Virus record (IMG/VR): IMGVR_UViG_3300044961_000667 | Direction: 5' to 3' (one strand) | DNA from: a virus | Taxonomy: Duplodnaviria; Caudoviricetes | Length of the DNA stretch: 64,000 nt | Part shown: positions 1 to 9,014 of the stretch, piece by piece | Position numbering within the stretch: position 1 is the first letter of the stretch | Layout: every line of letters starts with the position of its first letter | The notes under the pieces: generated by a model | What the model was told of the DNA's origin: nothing | Databases searched by the model: none | The model's input: the letters and a program-made list of their open reading frames with translations, nothing else | Translations under genes and position numbers: made by a program

Positions 1-345
1 CTTGCCGTCGATGGAGACAGCATGATCGGCGCCGGGATCCACGATGGCGACTACGTGATCGTCCGCCAGCAGCAAGACCCGCAGGCGGGCGAAATCGTCG
101 TCGCACTCGTCGACGACAACACGACGACGGTCAAGCGCCTCGCGCGAGACGGAGAACGCTTCGTCTTGCAGCCGGAGAACCCGAACCATCGCCCGATCCC
201 GATCGAGAGCAAGGCGGCTGCAATCCAGGGCGTCGTGATCGGTCTCATGCGGGAATACCGCGTTCGCGGGTCGAGTCGCTGGTCACCGCGCTCGGTCGCC
301 GGCTCGCAGCGTTCTGTGGCACGGAGGAGATCCCGTGTCACGTAA
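1..345 (+). CDS. lexA: LexA/S24 peptidase C-terminal domain (5' partial)
   Basis: Frame 1 reads LAVDGDSMIGAGIHDGDYVIVRQQ...GEIVVAL...TVKRL...LQPENP; catalytic Ser (GDSM) and Lys (VKR) present. Confidence 0.75.
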   Translation, partial: LAVDGDSMIGAGIHDGDYVIVRQQQDPQAGEIVVALVDDNTTTVKRLARDGERFVLQPENPNHRPIPIESKAAAIQGVVIGLMREYRVRGSSRWSPRSVAGSQRSVARRRSRVT

Positions 346-460
346 CGTCCAACCCATAGCCACCAAGGTCAGCGCTCGGTCCCAGGGCGCTCAGCAAAGG
401 CGCGTTTCTCAGGCGACCGCCGTGCATGGAGCACGGCCGCCAAAGATGCGAGAGGACAGG

Positions 461-1528
461 ATGACCAAAGCGGGCGCACCGCGCGAGATTACCGTTCCCG
501 GAGGACGCACCCTGAAGGCCACGCCCGTGTACGACACGTACTGGCGGTTCGCCGCGAAACGCCAGGATCTGTTCATGCGTAGGGTCGCGGGCGCTTCACC
601 GCCGTGGTCAGACGACCCCGTGCTCACAGCGCACCGGTTCACGAACGTGTACCGGGCGTCCGATCGCGTCAGCCAGTACCTGATCCGCCATGTCATCTAC
701 GAGGGAGCGCAAGCGGCCGAAGAGGTCTACTTCCGGACGCTGCTCTTCAAGCTGTTCAATCGGATCGAGACGTGGGAGCACCTTGTCTCGAAGCTGGGCA
801 CGCTGAGCTGGCGCGGCTTCGACTTCGAGCGGTACGCGAAGGTTCTCGATGCGGCGATCGGCAGCGGTGAGCGTGTCTACTCGGCCGCGTACATCATGCC
901 CTCCCCGGCATTCGGCAGCGAACGCAAGCACCGGAACCACCTCAGGCTGCTCGAGCACATGATGCGAGATGGCGCACCACGCCGGATCGCTCGCGCGCAA
1001 TCACTGCAGGAAGTCTTCGAGATCCTTCGCGGCTATCCGTCGCTGGGCGGCTTTCTCGCGTTTCAGTTCACCATCGACTTGAACTACAGCGAGCTCATCG
1101 ACTTCTCCGAGATGGACTTCGTGGTTCCCGGCCCGGGAGCGCGCGATGGGATCCGCAAGTGCTTCGGCGACATGGCCGGGCTCAGCGAAGCCGACGTCAT
1201 TCGGATCGTCGCTGAGCGCGCGAGCATTGAGTTCGAGCGGCTGGGCCTCGAGTTCCAAACGTTGTGGGGGCGACCGCTTCAGCTCATCGACTGCCAGAAC
1301 CTCTTTTGCGAGGTCGACAAGTACGCTCGCGTCGTCCATCCGGAGATTCAGGGCGAATCGGGACGGACGCGCATCAAGCAGCGCTTCACGGCGCGCCCGG
1401 AGCCGCTCGATCAGTGGTACCCGCCGAAGTGGGGGCTGAAGGTCCCTCCTTCACCGGCGCGATCTCAAGCGACCCCAGTCCGAGGCCCGCGGCAGCAGCC
1501 GCTTGCTCTTCACGCGGCCAGTCGCTGA
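461..1528 (+). CDS. 5-hmdU DNA kinase / aGPT-pyrophosphorylase clade 1-like (DNA base hypermodification)
   Basis: YWRFAAKRQ...PPWSDDPVL...RFTNVYRASDRVSQYL, YSAAY and DCQNLFCEVDKY motifs; AGAGGA RBS before ATG 461. Confidence 0.75.
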   Translation: MTKAGAPREITVPGGRTLKATPVYDTYWRFAAKRQDLFMRRVAGASPPWSDDPVLTAHRFTNVYRASDRVSQYLIRHVIYEGAQAAEEVYFRTLLFKLFNRIETWEHLVSKLGTLSWRGFDFERYAKVLDAAIGSGERVYSAAYIMPSPAFGSERKHRNHLRLLEHMMRDGAPRRIARAQSLQEVFEILRGYPSLGGFLAFQFTIDLNYSELIDFSEMDFVVPGPGARDGIRKCFGDMAGLSEADVIRIVAERASIEFERLGLEFQTLWGRPLQLIDCQNLFCEVDKYARVVHPEIQGESGRTRIKQRFTARPEPLDQWYPPKWGLKVPPSPARSQATPVRGPRQQPLALHAASR

Positions 1529-1544
1529 CGCTCGGCAACGCGAC

Positions 1545-2141
1545 CTATCTCCGGGTCGTTGGGGCGAGGTAGGTAAGCTCGCGCCGAACGAGATCGATGG
1601 TCACGGTCCCGCCCCTGTTGCTGCGCAGCTTCCGGAACGTCGCATACCCGTCGAGGATCGCCGCTTCCCACTGCCACAGAGGAACTTGGTCGACCTCGAA
1701 GCCCTGGATGAACTCCTGCACCGTTTTGAGGAGATCGTAGTCGACGTGGTCGACCCCGTCGAAGAAGTTCATCTCCTTCGCGCGGCTGAAGACGATGGCG
1801 GCCACGGCCTCCTCCAAAATCACCGCGCGCGCGCCATCCTGTCCCTCGTCCTTCTTGGAGCTGCTCTTCCGCTTGCACCGAAGCAGAGCGCGTACAACCG
1901 GTGACCAGCCGAGATGCACCGCGTGCGCGAAGTGGAAGATGTCGTGGTATCGGTAGCCGTCTGGATCCTCGATGTTGTCCGTGAGCCGATCGCCGAAGTT
2001 GATCCCATTGCACCGAAGCAAGACGACGCGCTGCTCGCCGTTGCCGTAGGTGCAGTCGGCCTCAAAGCCATCGGGCACATGGAGGGCCTCGATGGCGGAG
2101 AGGATTTCCTGCTGGTCCTGGCTGGTAGATTTCCACGTCAT
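1545..2141 (-). CDS. Chimeric ORF: phage MTase-like N-terminal 35 aa fused to a MazG C-terminal domain
   Basis: GDRLTDN..DGYRYHDIFHFAHAVHLGWSPVVRALL..KRKS...DGARA..LEE is MazG_C-like; N-terminus DQQEIL..LHVPDGFEADCTYGNG resembles phage methyltransferase starts (recalled). Confidence 0.6.
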   Translation of the reverse strand: MTWKSTSQDQQEILSAIEALHVPDGFEADCTYGNGEQRVVLLRCNGINFGDRLTDNIEDPDGYRYHDIFHFAHAVHLGWSPVVRALLRCKRKSSSKKDEGQDGARAVILEEAVAAIVFSRAKEMNFFDGVDHVDYDLLKTVQEFIQGFEVDQVPLWQWEAAILDGYATFRKLRSNRGGTVTIDLVRRELTYLAPTTRR

Positions 2142-2205
2142 CGTGTTTCAGCCCCACGAATTGAATCAGCTCCCTGGGCCGCTGTCTCTATCATCCGGGA
2201 CGCCT

Positions 2206-2424
2206 CTATCTATCATCCTGGACATCTGGGAAGTCTGCGTCCGTCCACGTACCGTCTCCCTCCCCTGAGTCGAAATCTTCCAGAGGGAGGTAGTCAGGAC
2301 CGCCGCCGTGGAAGAGCCCTGAATGGCTATCCGGGCTCTCGTCTTCGCCGTAGGCATACCCGACGCCATCGCCGCAGCCTGCACCGGCATCGTCACCGAA
2401 TCCATCATGCGGGCCGCAGCTCAT
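2206..2424 (-). CDS. Gly/Asp-rich peptide 5 (GPH...WTDADFP)
   Basis: ATGA-coupled to upstream paralog; shares N- and C-terminal motifs. Confidence 0.7.
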   Translation of the reverse strand: MSCGPHDGFGDDAGAGCGDGVGYAYGEDESPDSHSGLFHGGGPDYLPLEDFDSGEGDGTWTDADFPDVQDDR

Positions 2425-2675
2425 GTCGCCTCTCCGGGCATGTCGATGTCCGTCCAGATTGTTTCATCATCGACGTACCAGAATGTCTCGCCCATGGTGT
2501 CTCCCGCTCCGCTACCGCTGCCGTCACCATGCCCAGCACCGTGCCTGTCAGTCGGGCTGTCTGGACGGGTGTAGCCGCCGAATCCGTCACCGTTGCCAGC
2601 GCCGGCGTCGAGTCCACACCCGTGGCCGATGGCGTGCTCGCTCGCCAGCAGGTCTAGGCGAGTGAGCGGCTTCAT
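2421..2675 (-). CDS. Gly/Asp-rich peptide 4 (...WTDIDMP)
   Basis: ATGA overlap; shared C-terminal motif. Confidence 0.7.
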   Translation of the reverse strand: MKPLTRLDLLASEHAIGHGCGLDAGAGNGDGFGGYTRPDSPTDRHGAGHGDGSGSGAGDTMGETFWYVDDETIWTDIDMPGEAT

Positions 2676-2962
2676 GGTGTGCCCTTCCAGTCACGGGCTG
2701 GCCCCTCCCAGTCACGGGGCATGTAGATGTCTGTCCACGCGCTGCCTGTGTGCGTGCCGTCGTAGTCGCCCTCGCCGCTGCCGTCGCCGTTGCCGGAGCC
2801 GCCACCGTCGCCCCATACATCTTCGTCCAGCGCGTCGCCGCTGCATGGCGCTGGGCTTCCGTGGCCATGGCCATCACCGCCCCCATAGCCGTCGCCATCG
2901 CCGCTGCCACGGCCAGAGCCGACCTCCCAATCATCTCCCGCATGCGGCCCGTATGGAGTCAT
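2672..2962 (-). CDS. Gly/Asp-rich peptide 3 (YGPH...WTDIYMP)
   Basis: ATGA overlap at 2959-2962. Confidence 0.75.
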   Translation of the reverse strand: MTPYGPHAGDDWEVGSGRGSGDGDGYGGGDGHGHGSPAPCSGDALDEDVWGDGGGSGNGDGSGEGDYDGTHTGSAWTDIYMPRDWEGPARDWKGTP

Positions 2963-3171
2963 GGTTCCTCCGGGGGCATGGTGATGTCCGTCCACGCACC
3001 GCCTGTGTGGGTGCCGTCGTAGTTGCCGTCGCCGCTGCCGTCACCGTCGCTTTCGCCATAACCCCAGCCGATACGGTTCTTGCCGCCGGCTCCAGAGCTA
3101 TAGCTGAAGCCGCTGCCACGGCCAGAGCCCACCTCCCAGGCCTGGCCGTCATGTGGTTTGTGGCGTTTCAT
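2959..3171 (-). CDS. Gly/Asp-rich peptide 2 (KPH...WTDITMP)
   Basis: ATGA overlap at 3168-3171. Confidence 0.75.
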   Translation of the reverse strand: MKRHKPHDGQAWEVGSGRGSGFSYSSGAGGKNRIGWGYGESDGDGSGDGNYDGTHTGGAWTDITMPPEEP

Positions 3172-3434
3172 GGCTCCTTTTCAGGCATGGTGATGTCCGT
3201 CCACCTTCCCTCACCGTCTCCAACACCATTACTCCGACCGAAGCCAGAGCCAGAGCCGTCGCCGTCACCACTGTTATCGTTATAGCCAGAATCATAGCCG
3301 GAGCCGAAACCGTAGCCGACGCCGTGGCTAGAACCAGAAATGTACGCTAATCCGGGTCCAGAGCCGCAGCCAAAGCCAATACCATCGCCCGCTCCGTCCT
3401 CGTCACCAAAACCAACGTGTGGCCCGTAGCGCAT
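3168..3434 (-). CDS. Gly/Asp-rich peptide 1 (YGPH...WTDITMP)
   Basis: TGATG overlap with the DUF6948 stop at 3432-3436. Confidence 0.75.
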   Translation of the reverse strand: MRYGPHVGFGDEDGAGDGIGFGCGSGPGLAYISGSSHGVGYGFGSGYDSGYNDNSGDGDGSGSGFGRSNGVGDGEGRWTDITMPEKEP

Positions 3435-3808
3435 CACCCGCCCCACCTCGACGCGGTGAGGGACGGGGCCGCCGTCTCGCTGACCGGCAGAATCTCAGAC
3501 ACGTCCGCGACAAGGTGATGGGGAATAGGCCGTGCGATGCGCGTGCCCTCCATCTCCACGCCATCGCGCGCTACCTCGGACAGCGTGTATGCGCCGTACC
3601 ACCGCCAGATGCGGCGTGACTCAAGCAGCACCGCCGTCCGGCTGGCGGCGTCGTACTCAGCGAGCCATCCGACGTGGACGCCGGCCCCACGGGTACGCAC
3701 CACGACGAGAGGGCACAGGCCCTTCTCGCGGAGCACCTCGCCCGTGAGGAGACTTCTCTCGCGGGCTTCGTCGGCGGCGATGGCTTTCTCTGTTTTGGTT
3801 GCGCTCAT
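3434..3808 (-). CDS. DUF6948-like protein
   Basis: VVVRTRGAGVHVG...SRRIWRWYGAYTLSEVARDGV...EILP matches recalled family motifs. Confidence 0.7.
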   Translation of the reverse strand: MSATKTEKAIAADEARERSLLTGEVLREKGLCPLVVVRTRGAGVHVGWLAEYDAASRTAVLLESRRIWRWYGAYTLSEVARDGVEMEGTRIARPIPHHLVADVSEILPVSETAAPSLTASRWGG

Positions 3809-4292
3809 GGTTACGTATGTAACACGTCGAGTTATTTGTTTACGAAATACTACGCAACATCCGGCGGTCAACGCCGAGAGCGTGCTCGTGGAGGTCGTCC
3901 AGACTGGTATGACTCAAATCTGAGAGCAGTCGCTCGCGTACAAATTACGGCCCCATCCCATCTTTGCGCCGTCGTAGTTCGCGGCGCACGGCGACGAGGT
4001 AGTCCTCAACACAGCGCAGGTGCCACGCCGTCAGGCGCACGAAGCCTGCCTTGCGCAACGTAGCCTCAAGTGCGGCGTCTGGAATCATTTGCTCTCCGTA
4101 GATTTTCCCCGACGCCGTGTCCGCGCGGCGAGTCATCGTCCACACGCCCTCCTTGGGCAGCCACCTGGGCCACCTCCTGACACTCCGGGTGACACGTATG
4201 GTGCGTCGGTCCTTTGCCTGGGGCGGGCGGCCATGGAGCGATGGGCTCGCCCTGACAGAGCCGACAAGTCTTGACGCAGTTGCTTGCGCACC

Positions 4293-4502
4293 TCACGCGT
4301 ACCTCCAGGTGGCCATCTCCGGCAACCGCCAGCCGCACTTCGAGCAGTAGTGCCAGTCGTGCGACGAGTCTCGCTCGTGTCCGGAGGGCTCCCGCTCGAC
4401 ATCGCCGCCACACCGAGGGCAACTCAGGCATCCGCCCTGGACGTACTCCCGAATCTCCTCCTCGGAGAGTTCGGCCTTCTCCTTCACGCACGCCTTCGTC
4501 AC
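4293..4502 (-). CDS. Small Zn-ribbon protein
   Basis: CPRCGG...CSKCGW; GTGA overlap with upstream stop. Confidence 0.55.
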   Translation of the reverse strand: MTKACVKEKAELSEEEIREYVQGGCLSCPRCGGDVEREPSGHERDSSHDWHYCSKCGWRLPEMATWRYA

Positions 4503-4714
4503 GCGTACTTCCTCAGTCGCTCCATGGCCTGTTCCATGGTGATTGGCCGGTCGCCGGGGAATCCGTGCTTCACCCAGGACTTGGCCACCATGTCGTGGCA
4601 GCTGCCGCACGTGCCGAAACCGATGTCGCGCTCGGGATCGTGCGGCAAGTCCGTCCTGAAGCGTTGGCCACAGCAGTGGCACTCCACGGTACGGTAAAGA
4701 CCAGTCTCACTCAT
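4499..4714 (-). CDS. Small Cys-rich hypothetical protein
   Basis: CHCC...CGSC; coupled to neighbours. Confidence 0.55.
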   Translation of the reverse strand: MSETGLYRTVECHCCGQRFRTDLPHDPERDIGFGTCGSCHDMVAKSWVKHGFPGDRPITMEQAMERLRKYA

Positions 4715-5133
4715 TCGCCTCTCCTTGTCGGCCACACATACGGCAGGTTGTCTGGTACGCCGGGGAACAACGGCCCGTAGTGCGACGGCAGTTTCCGCAC
4801 GAGGTTGCTCTGGTGGCTCCGGTGGAACTCAGGATCGCCCAGCCACGACGGAGAAGTGCCGGTGTGACGCTGCATCGTCGAGACAAACTCACCGCGGATG
4901 GTGTCGTTGTACCCTCGGGCAATCCACTCGTCGGACATGGCGAGGCCGTACGCCGCCAAGTAGCGCAGGTGGCCTTCCCACATCTTGGCGGCCGGGTGGT
5001 TTCTCCAACCCTGCGTGCGTCCTTCCAACGCTCGAATCAGCTGGAGGGCCTCCACGCGTTGTTTGCCGAGGCGCCTGTAGTCGAGGGCCCTGGCTGATGC
5101 TCCGAAGTCCACCAGCGGCAGGAAGGTCTGCAC
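4711..5133 (-). CDS. Pyrimidine-dimer DNA glycosylase-like (MSMEG_6728 family)
   Basis: MQTFLP...LDYRRLGKQRVEALQ...WRNHPA.KMW...WLGDPEFHRSHQSNL. Confidence 0.85.
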   Translation of the reverse strand: MQTFLPLVDFGASARALDYRRLGKQRVEALQLIRALEGRTQGWRNHPAAKMWEGHLRYLAAYGLAMSDEWIARGYNDTIRGEFVSTMQRHTGTSPSWLGDPEFHRSHQSNLVRKLPSHYGPLFPGVPDNLPYVWPTRRGE

Positions 5134-5134
5134 A

Positions 5135-5641
5135 TCAGCGCAGCTCCGGGTGCTCTTCGCAGTACTCGTCGAAGTCCTGGCCTGTCTCCGGGTGGCACCA
5201 GTCGAACCAGGCGTCGTCCTTGGTCGGCTTCCCGTCGTCGTCCACGGCGCTGTCCGGCTCGTAGATCTGCAGGCCGCCGGCGTTCGAGTAGTCGGGCTTG
5301 ATGCGGTGCTGCAGCTGGAACATGTCGTAGTTCGCCAGCGTGTCGATCAGCAGCTTGGCCTCACGGAGCGTCTTGACTGGGACGTGGAACGCCTTGCCTG
5401 GAACCTGGGGGATCCACCAGACCCGGAGATCTCCCTTCTTCGGCTCCGTCTTCTTCGCCTTCTTCGCCATGACGTCTCCCTTCTCCAGAAACTGCAGATG
5501 ATCTCTGTCGTACGTGCGCAGCTCGGCACCGAAGCTGATCTTCACCCGCGTCTTGAGCACCCGCTGCACGGTGCCCAAGCCCCAATCGGGGTACCAACGA
5601 TCGCGGACCTTCAGCCCCAGCTTGAACTCGTCGAGCCTCAC
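5135..5641 (-). CDS. SH3-like N-terminus plus gp17-type superinfection-exclusion domain
   Basis: LRVWWIPQVPGKAF...LANYDMFQ...IKPDYSNAGGL; internal RBS and in-frame ATG at 5470. Confidence 0.65.
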   Translation of the reverse strand: MRLDEFKLGLKVRDRWYPDWGLGTVQRVLKTRVKISFGAELRTYDRDHLQFLEKGDVMAKKAKKTEPKKGDLRVWWIPQVPGKAFHVPVKTLREAKLLIDTLANYDMFQLQHRIKPDYSNAGGLQIYEPDSAVDDDGKPTKDDAWFDWCHPETGQDFDEYCEEHPELR

Positions 5642-5829
5642 GGCGACTGCTCCGACACCAACAACGCGACGCGGGTGGCGCCGTACAGCGCGTGCAGCTC
5701 CTCGGACTTCAACAAGTCCCAGGCGAAGACCGGTCGCTTGAGCGTCTTCATCGCAACCGCCTCCTGCTGCTCGCCCGGAAGCTGCTCGAACTCCCGACGC
5801 ACCATCCTCAACAGCTCGCTCTTCGTCAC
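5638..5829 (-). CDS. Hypothetical protein
   Basis: GTGA-coupled ORF. Confidence 0.5.
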   Translation of the reverse strand: MTKSELLRMVRREFEQLPGEQQEAVAMKTLKRPVFAWDLLKSEELHALYGATRVALLVSEQSP

Positions 5830-6242
5830 AGCGCCACCTCGCTCACCTGCATCGGCCAGTACTCCAGCAAGCCCGAGCGGTACCGCTGCTCCTGCCAGAG
5901 GGCGTGCTGCTTGAGGACGGCCACCACGCGGTAGCCGGCGTACTGCGGCACCACCGTCATCGTTCCGAAGCCGTCGTACGACTCCGGGGCTCGCGTCCTG
6001 GCGAAGACGTAGTCCGCAGTCACGTCGATCTCCCGCGCTCCATCCTCGCCCGCCAGATGCTCCGCGATGGCTGCGTGGGCGTCCGACGGCTTCGCCACGG
6101 GCTCCGACCTCAGCCCATAGCCGGCGGTGAAGCCCCACTTCAACTCGACGCCTGGCGCCGGCTTGTACATGACGTCGGTGACGCCGCTGTCGGCCAGCTT
6201 CTCCACCAGCTTCTCCGTCACCTCGAAGACGATGATCTTCAT
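5826..6242 (-). CDS. Hypothetical protein
   Basis: RBS plus ATG 6242 downstream of a promoter. Confidence 0.6.
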   Translation of the reverse strand: MKIIVFEVTEKLVEKLADSGVTDVMYKPAPGVELKWGFTAGYGLRSEPVAKPSDAHAAIAEHLAGEDGAREIDVTADYVFARTRAPESYDGFGTMTVVPQYAGYRVVAVLKQHALWQEQRYRSGLLEYWPMQVSEVAL

Positions 6243-6291
6243 CCGATTCTCCTTGCCCGCCTGGGGTGGCGGGGAGTGGTTGATTTTCAAG

Positions 6292-6320
6292 AGCATCTCA
6301 CAGGACGGCGCGTTCGTCAA
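6292..6320 (-). promoter_or_regulatory. Sigma70-like promoter
   Basis: TTGACG-N17-GATGCT. Confidence 0.5.
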
Positions 6321-6441
6321 GAGGACAAAGCGCCATCAACTGTCGTTTTCTTCTCTCAGCAGACGCTGGCGACGATGCCGCGCCAACGACAAGGGCTCTC
6401 GCCACTGTGTGTGGGAGAGCCCCTGCGTCGCGTTGGTGCTG

Positions 6442-7434
6442 TCAGGCTACCTTGCGGATCGGGATCACCTTGGCCAGCTTGTCGCCGTCCAGCGGGCTGC
6501 TGTCGCCGTAGACGAGCTTGCCGTCTTCCAGGGTGATGTTCGCGTGGGCTCGGAACGTCTCCTCCGCGGTTTCGATCAGCAGCTTCTGCATCAGCATCGC
6601 ATCGCCGGCGGGGACGCCGTTCGGCTGGATGCACAGACGCTCGACGATCTTCCGCGTCTGGCGGTGGATCACCTTCACGTTGCCGTGCGTGCCCTTGTCG
6701 ATGCGGTACAGGCGGCCCGAAGGGGCGTCCACGAGGAAGTACCCGTGGCGCACGAGGCAGTCGGCCTGCTCGTCCGTCAGCACCTCCATCAGCAGCTTGA
6801 TCGCCGTCTCCTCGGCGAGCTTCCGCTTCTGGTCCTCCGCGGCGAGGCGGGCTCGACGCTCTTCCTCCTCGCGTCGCCACCGTTCCGCCTGTTCCGCCCG
6901 GAGCTTCTTCTGCTCCTCCGACTCCACGTGCTGGATGCGCCCGCGGTAGATCGGCTGCGGCTGGCTCTGCCAGACGCCCCAAACGGCGTCTTGTCGAGCA
7001 CCACCAGTGCCCACCACCCAGGAGTCCCAGATGTCGTACGTCGTCGCCGCCGACGTCATCGTGCCGGCGGACACCCAGGTGTTCCACACCGTCGTCGCGC
7101 TGTTGGTCGTCAACCCCGTCGTCGAGTTGTCGACCCACGTGCGCCACACCCCGGCCGTCCCGCCGGTGGGCATCGCCTGGAACGTTCCGTTGATCGATCG
7201 GACTCGCACGATCCCTGTCTCCTCTGAAGTCGGCGACGCCGTGTCGAGAACACCGTTCCCGCCGAAGAAGGCCGTCGACCGACGCGGAGCGGGCGGTGGA
7301 GTCGGCGGCGGTGGCGGCGCAACGTGCAATCGATTGCGCTTCAGCCCCTTGGCCATCTTGGCCTGGTTCAGCCTGTCGAAGACGCCTGGGCGGTAGCGCT
7401 CCTGCGCCCGCCTCAACGCAGCCGCGGAGGGCAT
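6442..7434 (-). CDS. Conserved hypothetical protein (Trp/Thr-rich middle, coiled coil, C-terminal LCIQP domain)
   Basis: 330-aa ORF directly behind the GG-ending protein. Confidence 0.7.
   Translation of the reverse strand: MPSAAALRRAQERYRPGVFDRLNQAKMAKGLKRNRLHVAPPPPPTPPPAPRRSTAFFGGNGVLDTASPTSEETGIVRVRSINGTFQAMPTGGTAGVWRTWVDNSTTGLTTNSATTVWNTWVSAGTMTSAATTYDIWDSWVVGTGGARQDAVWGVWQSQPQPIYRGRIQHVESEEQKKLRAEQAERWRREEEERRARLAAEDQKRKLAEETAIKLLMEVLTDEQADCLVRHGYFLVDAPSGRLYRIDKGTHGNVKVIHRQTRKIVERLCIQPNGVPAGDAMLMQKLLIETAEETFRAHANITLEDGKLVYGDSSPLDGDKLAKVIPIRKVA
7324..7338. repeat. GTGCAATCGATTGCG palindrome copy
   Basis: Exact 15-mer, inside a CDS. Confidence 0.8.
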
Positions 7435-7435
7435 G

Positions 7436-7702
7436 TCAGCCCCCGGTGACCGGCGGCGAGAGGATGATCTTCTCGGCGTTCGGGTCGAACTCCGTGATCA
7501 TCTCGCCCTTGTCGCCCTTCTTGTTCACGGAGTAGGCGAGGAAGCCCTTCTTGCGAAGGCGGTTGAACTGCTCCTTCGCGTTCTCCACCTCGTCGGGGTT
7601 CTTCGGGTCCCAGATGATCTTGGTGTCGCCCGTGCCGTCGAGCACGTGCAGCATGCCCTTGATCGGCTTCCCACCAAACGTCTCCGTCGTCAGCTCGCCC
7701 AT
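7436..7702 (-). CDS. 88-aa protein ending IILSPPVTGG
   Basis: CAGGAG RBS, ATG 7702; C-terminus like MoaD/ThiS. Confidence 0.75.
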   Translation of the reverse strand: MGELTTETFGGKPIKGMLHVLDGTGDTKIIWDPKNPDEVENAKEQFNRLRKKGFLAYSVNKKGDKGEMITEFDPNAEKIILSPPVTGG

Positions 7703-7828
7703 GTCGTCTCCTGTTGCGTTGTGGTGCTTCGTCCTCTTGACAAACAACCATGCTGACCCTCCTTCGTCAAGAGGGTCAAGCTGATTTGCTTCACTCACTA
7801 CCGCTGGCGGCGATGCCCCTGCTGCCTG

Positions 7829-8116
7829 TCAGTGCACCTTCACAGGTGTGGGAGTGAAGGGCGGCGCGTCGTCCGTCTCGGGCTCCTTGATCGAAGACTT
7901 CTCGCCCGCCAGCCCCTTCTCCAGCTCAAGCCGGATCGCTTCTTCGGTTTCTCCGCCGACGAGGAGCACCTCCAGCGTCGTCGGCAGGCCGAGGCGGCTC
8001 AGCTCGATGTGGATCGGCCGCCCCTCCAGCAGCTTCTCGCAGTTGAGCCTCGACAGGCCCAGGATCACCAGCTGCTCTCCGCTTCCGGTTGCCTTTGTCA
8101 GCACGGCCTTCAGCAT
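7829..8116 (-). CDS. Phage hypothetical protein
   Basis: LVILGLSRLNCEKLLEGRPI motif. Confidence 0.6.
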   Translation of the reverse strand: MLKAVLTKATGSGEQLVILGLSRLNCEKLLEGRPIHIELSRLGLPTTLEVLLVGGETEEAIRLELEKGLAGEKSSIKEPETDDAPPFTPTPVKVH

Positions 8117-8519
8117 TCGCTTTCCTCGTTTCCTTCTTCGGGGTTCGTTCCTTGATGACCTGCAGGCACCGCTTGCACGTCACCTGCTCTTCGTCCTCAA
8201 CCAGGTTGCGACGAGAGATCCACGGCACGTCGCACACCTGGTGGCCAGTGTCTTTGTCGCGGAGGTGCTTCTTCCGAGGCGTGTACAGGAGCGCGTCCTG
8301 CTTCGACGCCCAGGTGATGTCGAGGTGGCCGCCGACATACGCGTACCCGGCCTCGTCCACCATGTCGCGGACCTTCTCAGAGATCTGCTCGGCCACGGCC
8401 TGCTCGACGTCGACCTGCTTGGCCTCATCGAGCTTGGACGGGTTCTTCATCAACAGCGTCAGCTGCAGCTTCACCAGCATCGTCGTCCCTCACTTTCATC
8501 GAACTTCCATCACCGCCGC

Positions 8520-8765
8520 TCAGAGCAGCGTTTCTTGCTTCGGCTTCGCCGACTCCACCTTCCAGCACTCCGGGCAGAAGTCCTGATCGGGCTCGACGTG
8601 ATGGGCGCAGTCGCGGCACATCGGCTTGTCGCAGCCCTTCCCGTCGCACAGCACCTCGTGCGGCTTCTTCTTGCAGACGAAGCATGGCCGGCGGGGGCGA
8701 CCTCGGCCCCTCTTGCAGGCGATGAACACCGTCCCGTCGGGGGCTTGAATCTTCTCGCAGACCAT
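8520..8765 (-). CDS. Cys-rich Zn-finger hypothetical protein
   Basis: CFVC...LCD..GCDKPMC..C...FCPEC. Confidence 0.65.
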   Translation of the reverse strand: MVCEKIQAPDGTVFIACKRGRGRPRRPCFVCKKKPHEVLCDGKGCDKPMCRDCAHHVEPDQDFCPECWKVESAKPKQETLL

Positions 8766-8768
8766 CGG

Positions 8769-9014
8769 CTATTTCCTCAGGCCGACCTCCCGCTCGGCCT
8801 CTTCGAGCGACTTTCCCACCCAGTAGACCACCGAGGCTTCCCTGGCAAAAGGCGGGCTGACCGAGGTGTCCAGGGTCCACCGTCCCGTCAGGGCCTTGAT
8901 GGTCCACAGGCCGTCGCCGAGGCCCCAGCAGACGGCGATGCGACGGTCCTTCCACTTCGCCACCGCGGCCCGGTGGGCGGCGTCCACCCGCTTCTTTTCG
9001 CTTTCGGAGGTCAC
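8769..9014 (-). CDS. Hypothetical protein
   Basis: Part of a coupled ORF series. Confidence 0.5.
   Translation of the reverse strand: MTSESEKKRVDAAHRAAVAKWKDRRIAVCWGLGDGLWTIKALTGRWTLDTSVSPPFAREASVVYWVGKSLEEAEREVGLRK

Noticed and set aside
6393-6422. Hairpin GGGCTCTC...GAGAGCCC as an intrinsic terminator
   Set aside because: No U-tract in the transcribed direction; function unsupported.
7926-8480. Full 184-aa extent of this ORF
   Set aside because: Its last ~60 codons overlap the better-supported 7829-8116 gene; the true end is uncertain, so it was not annotated.
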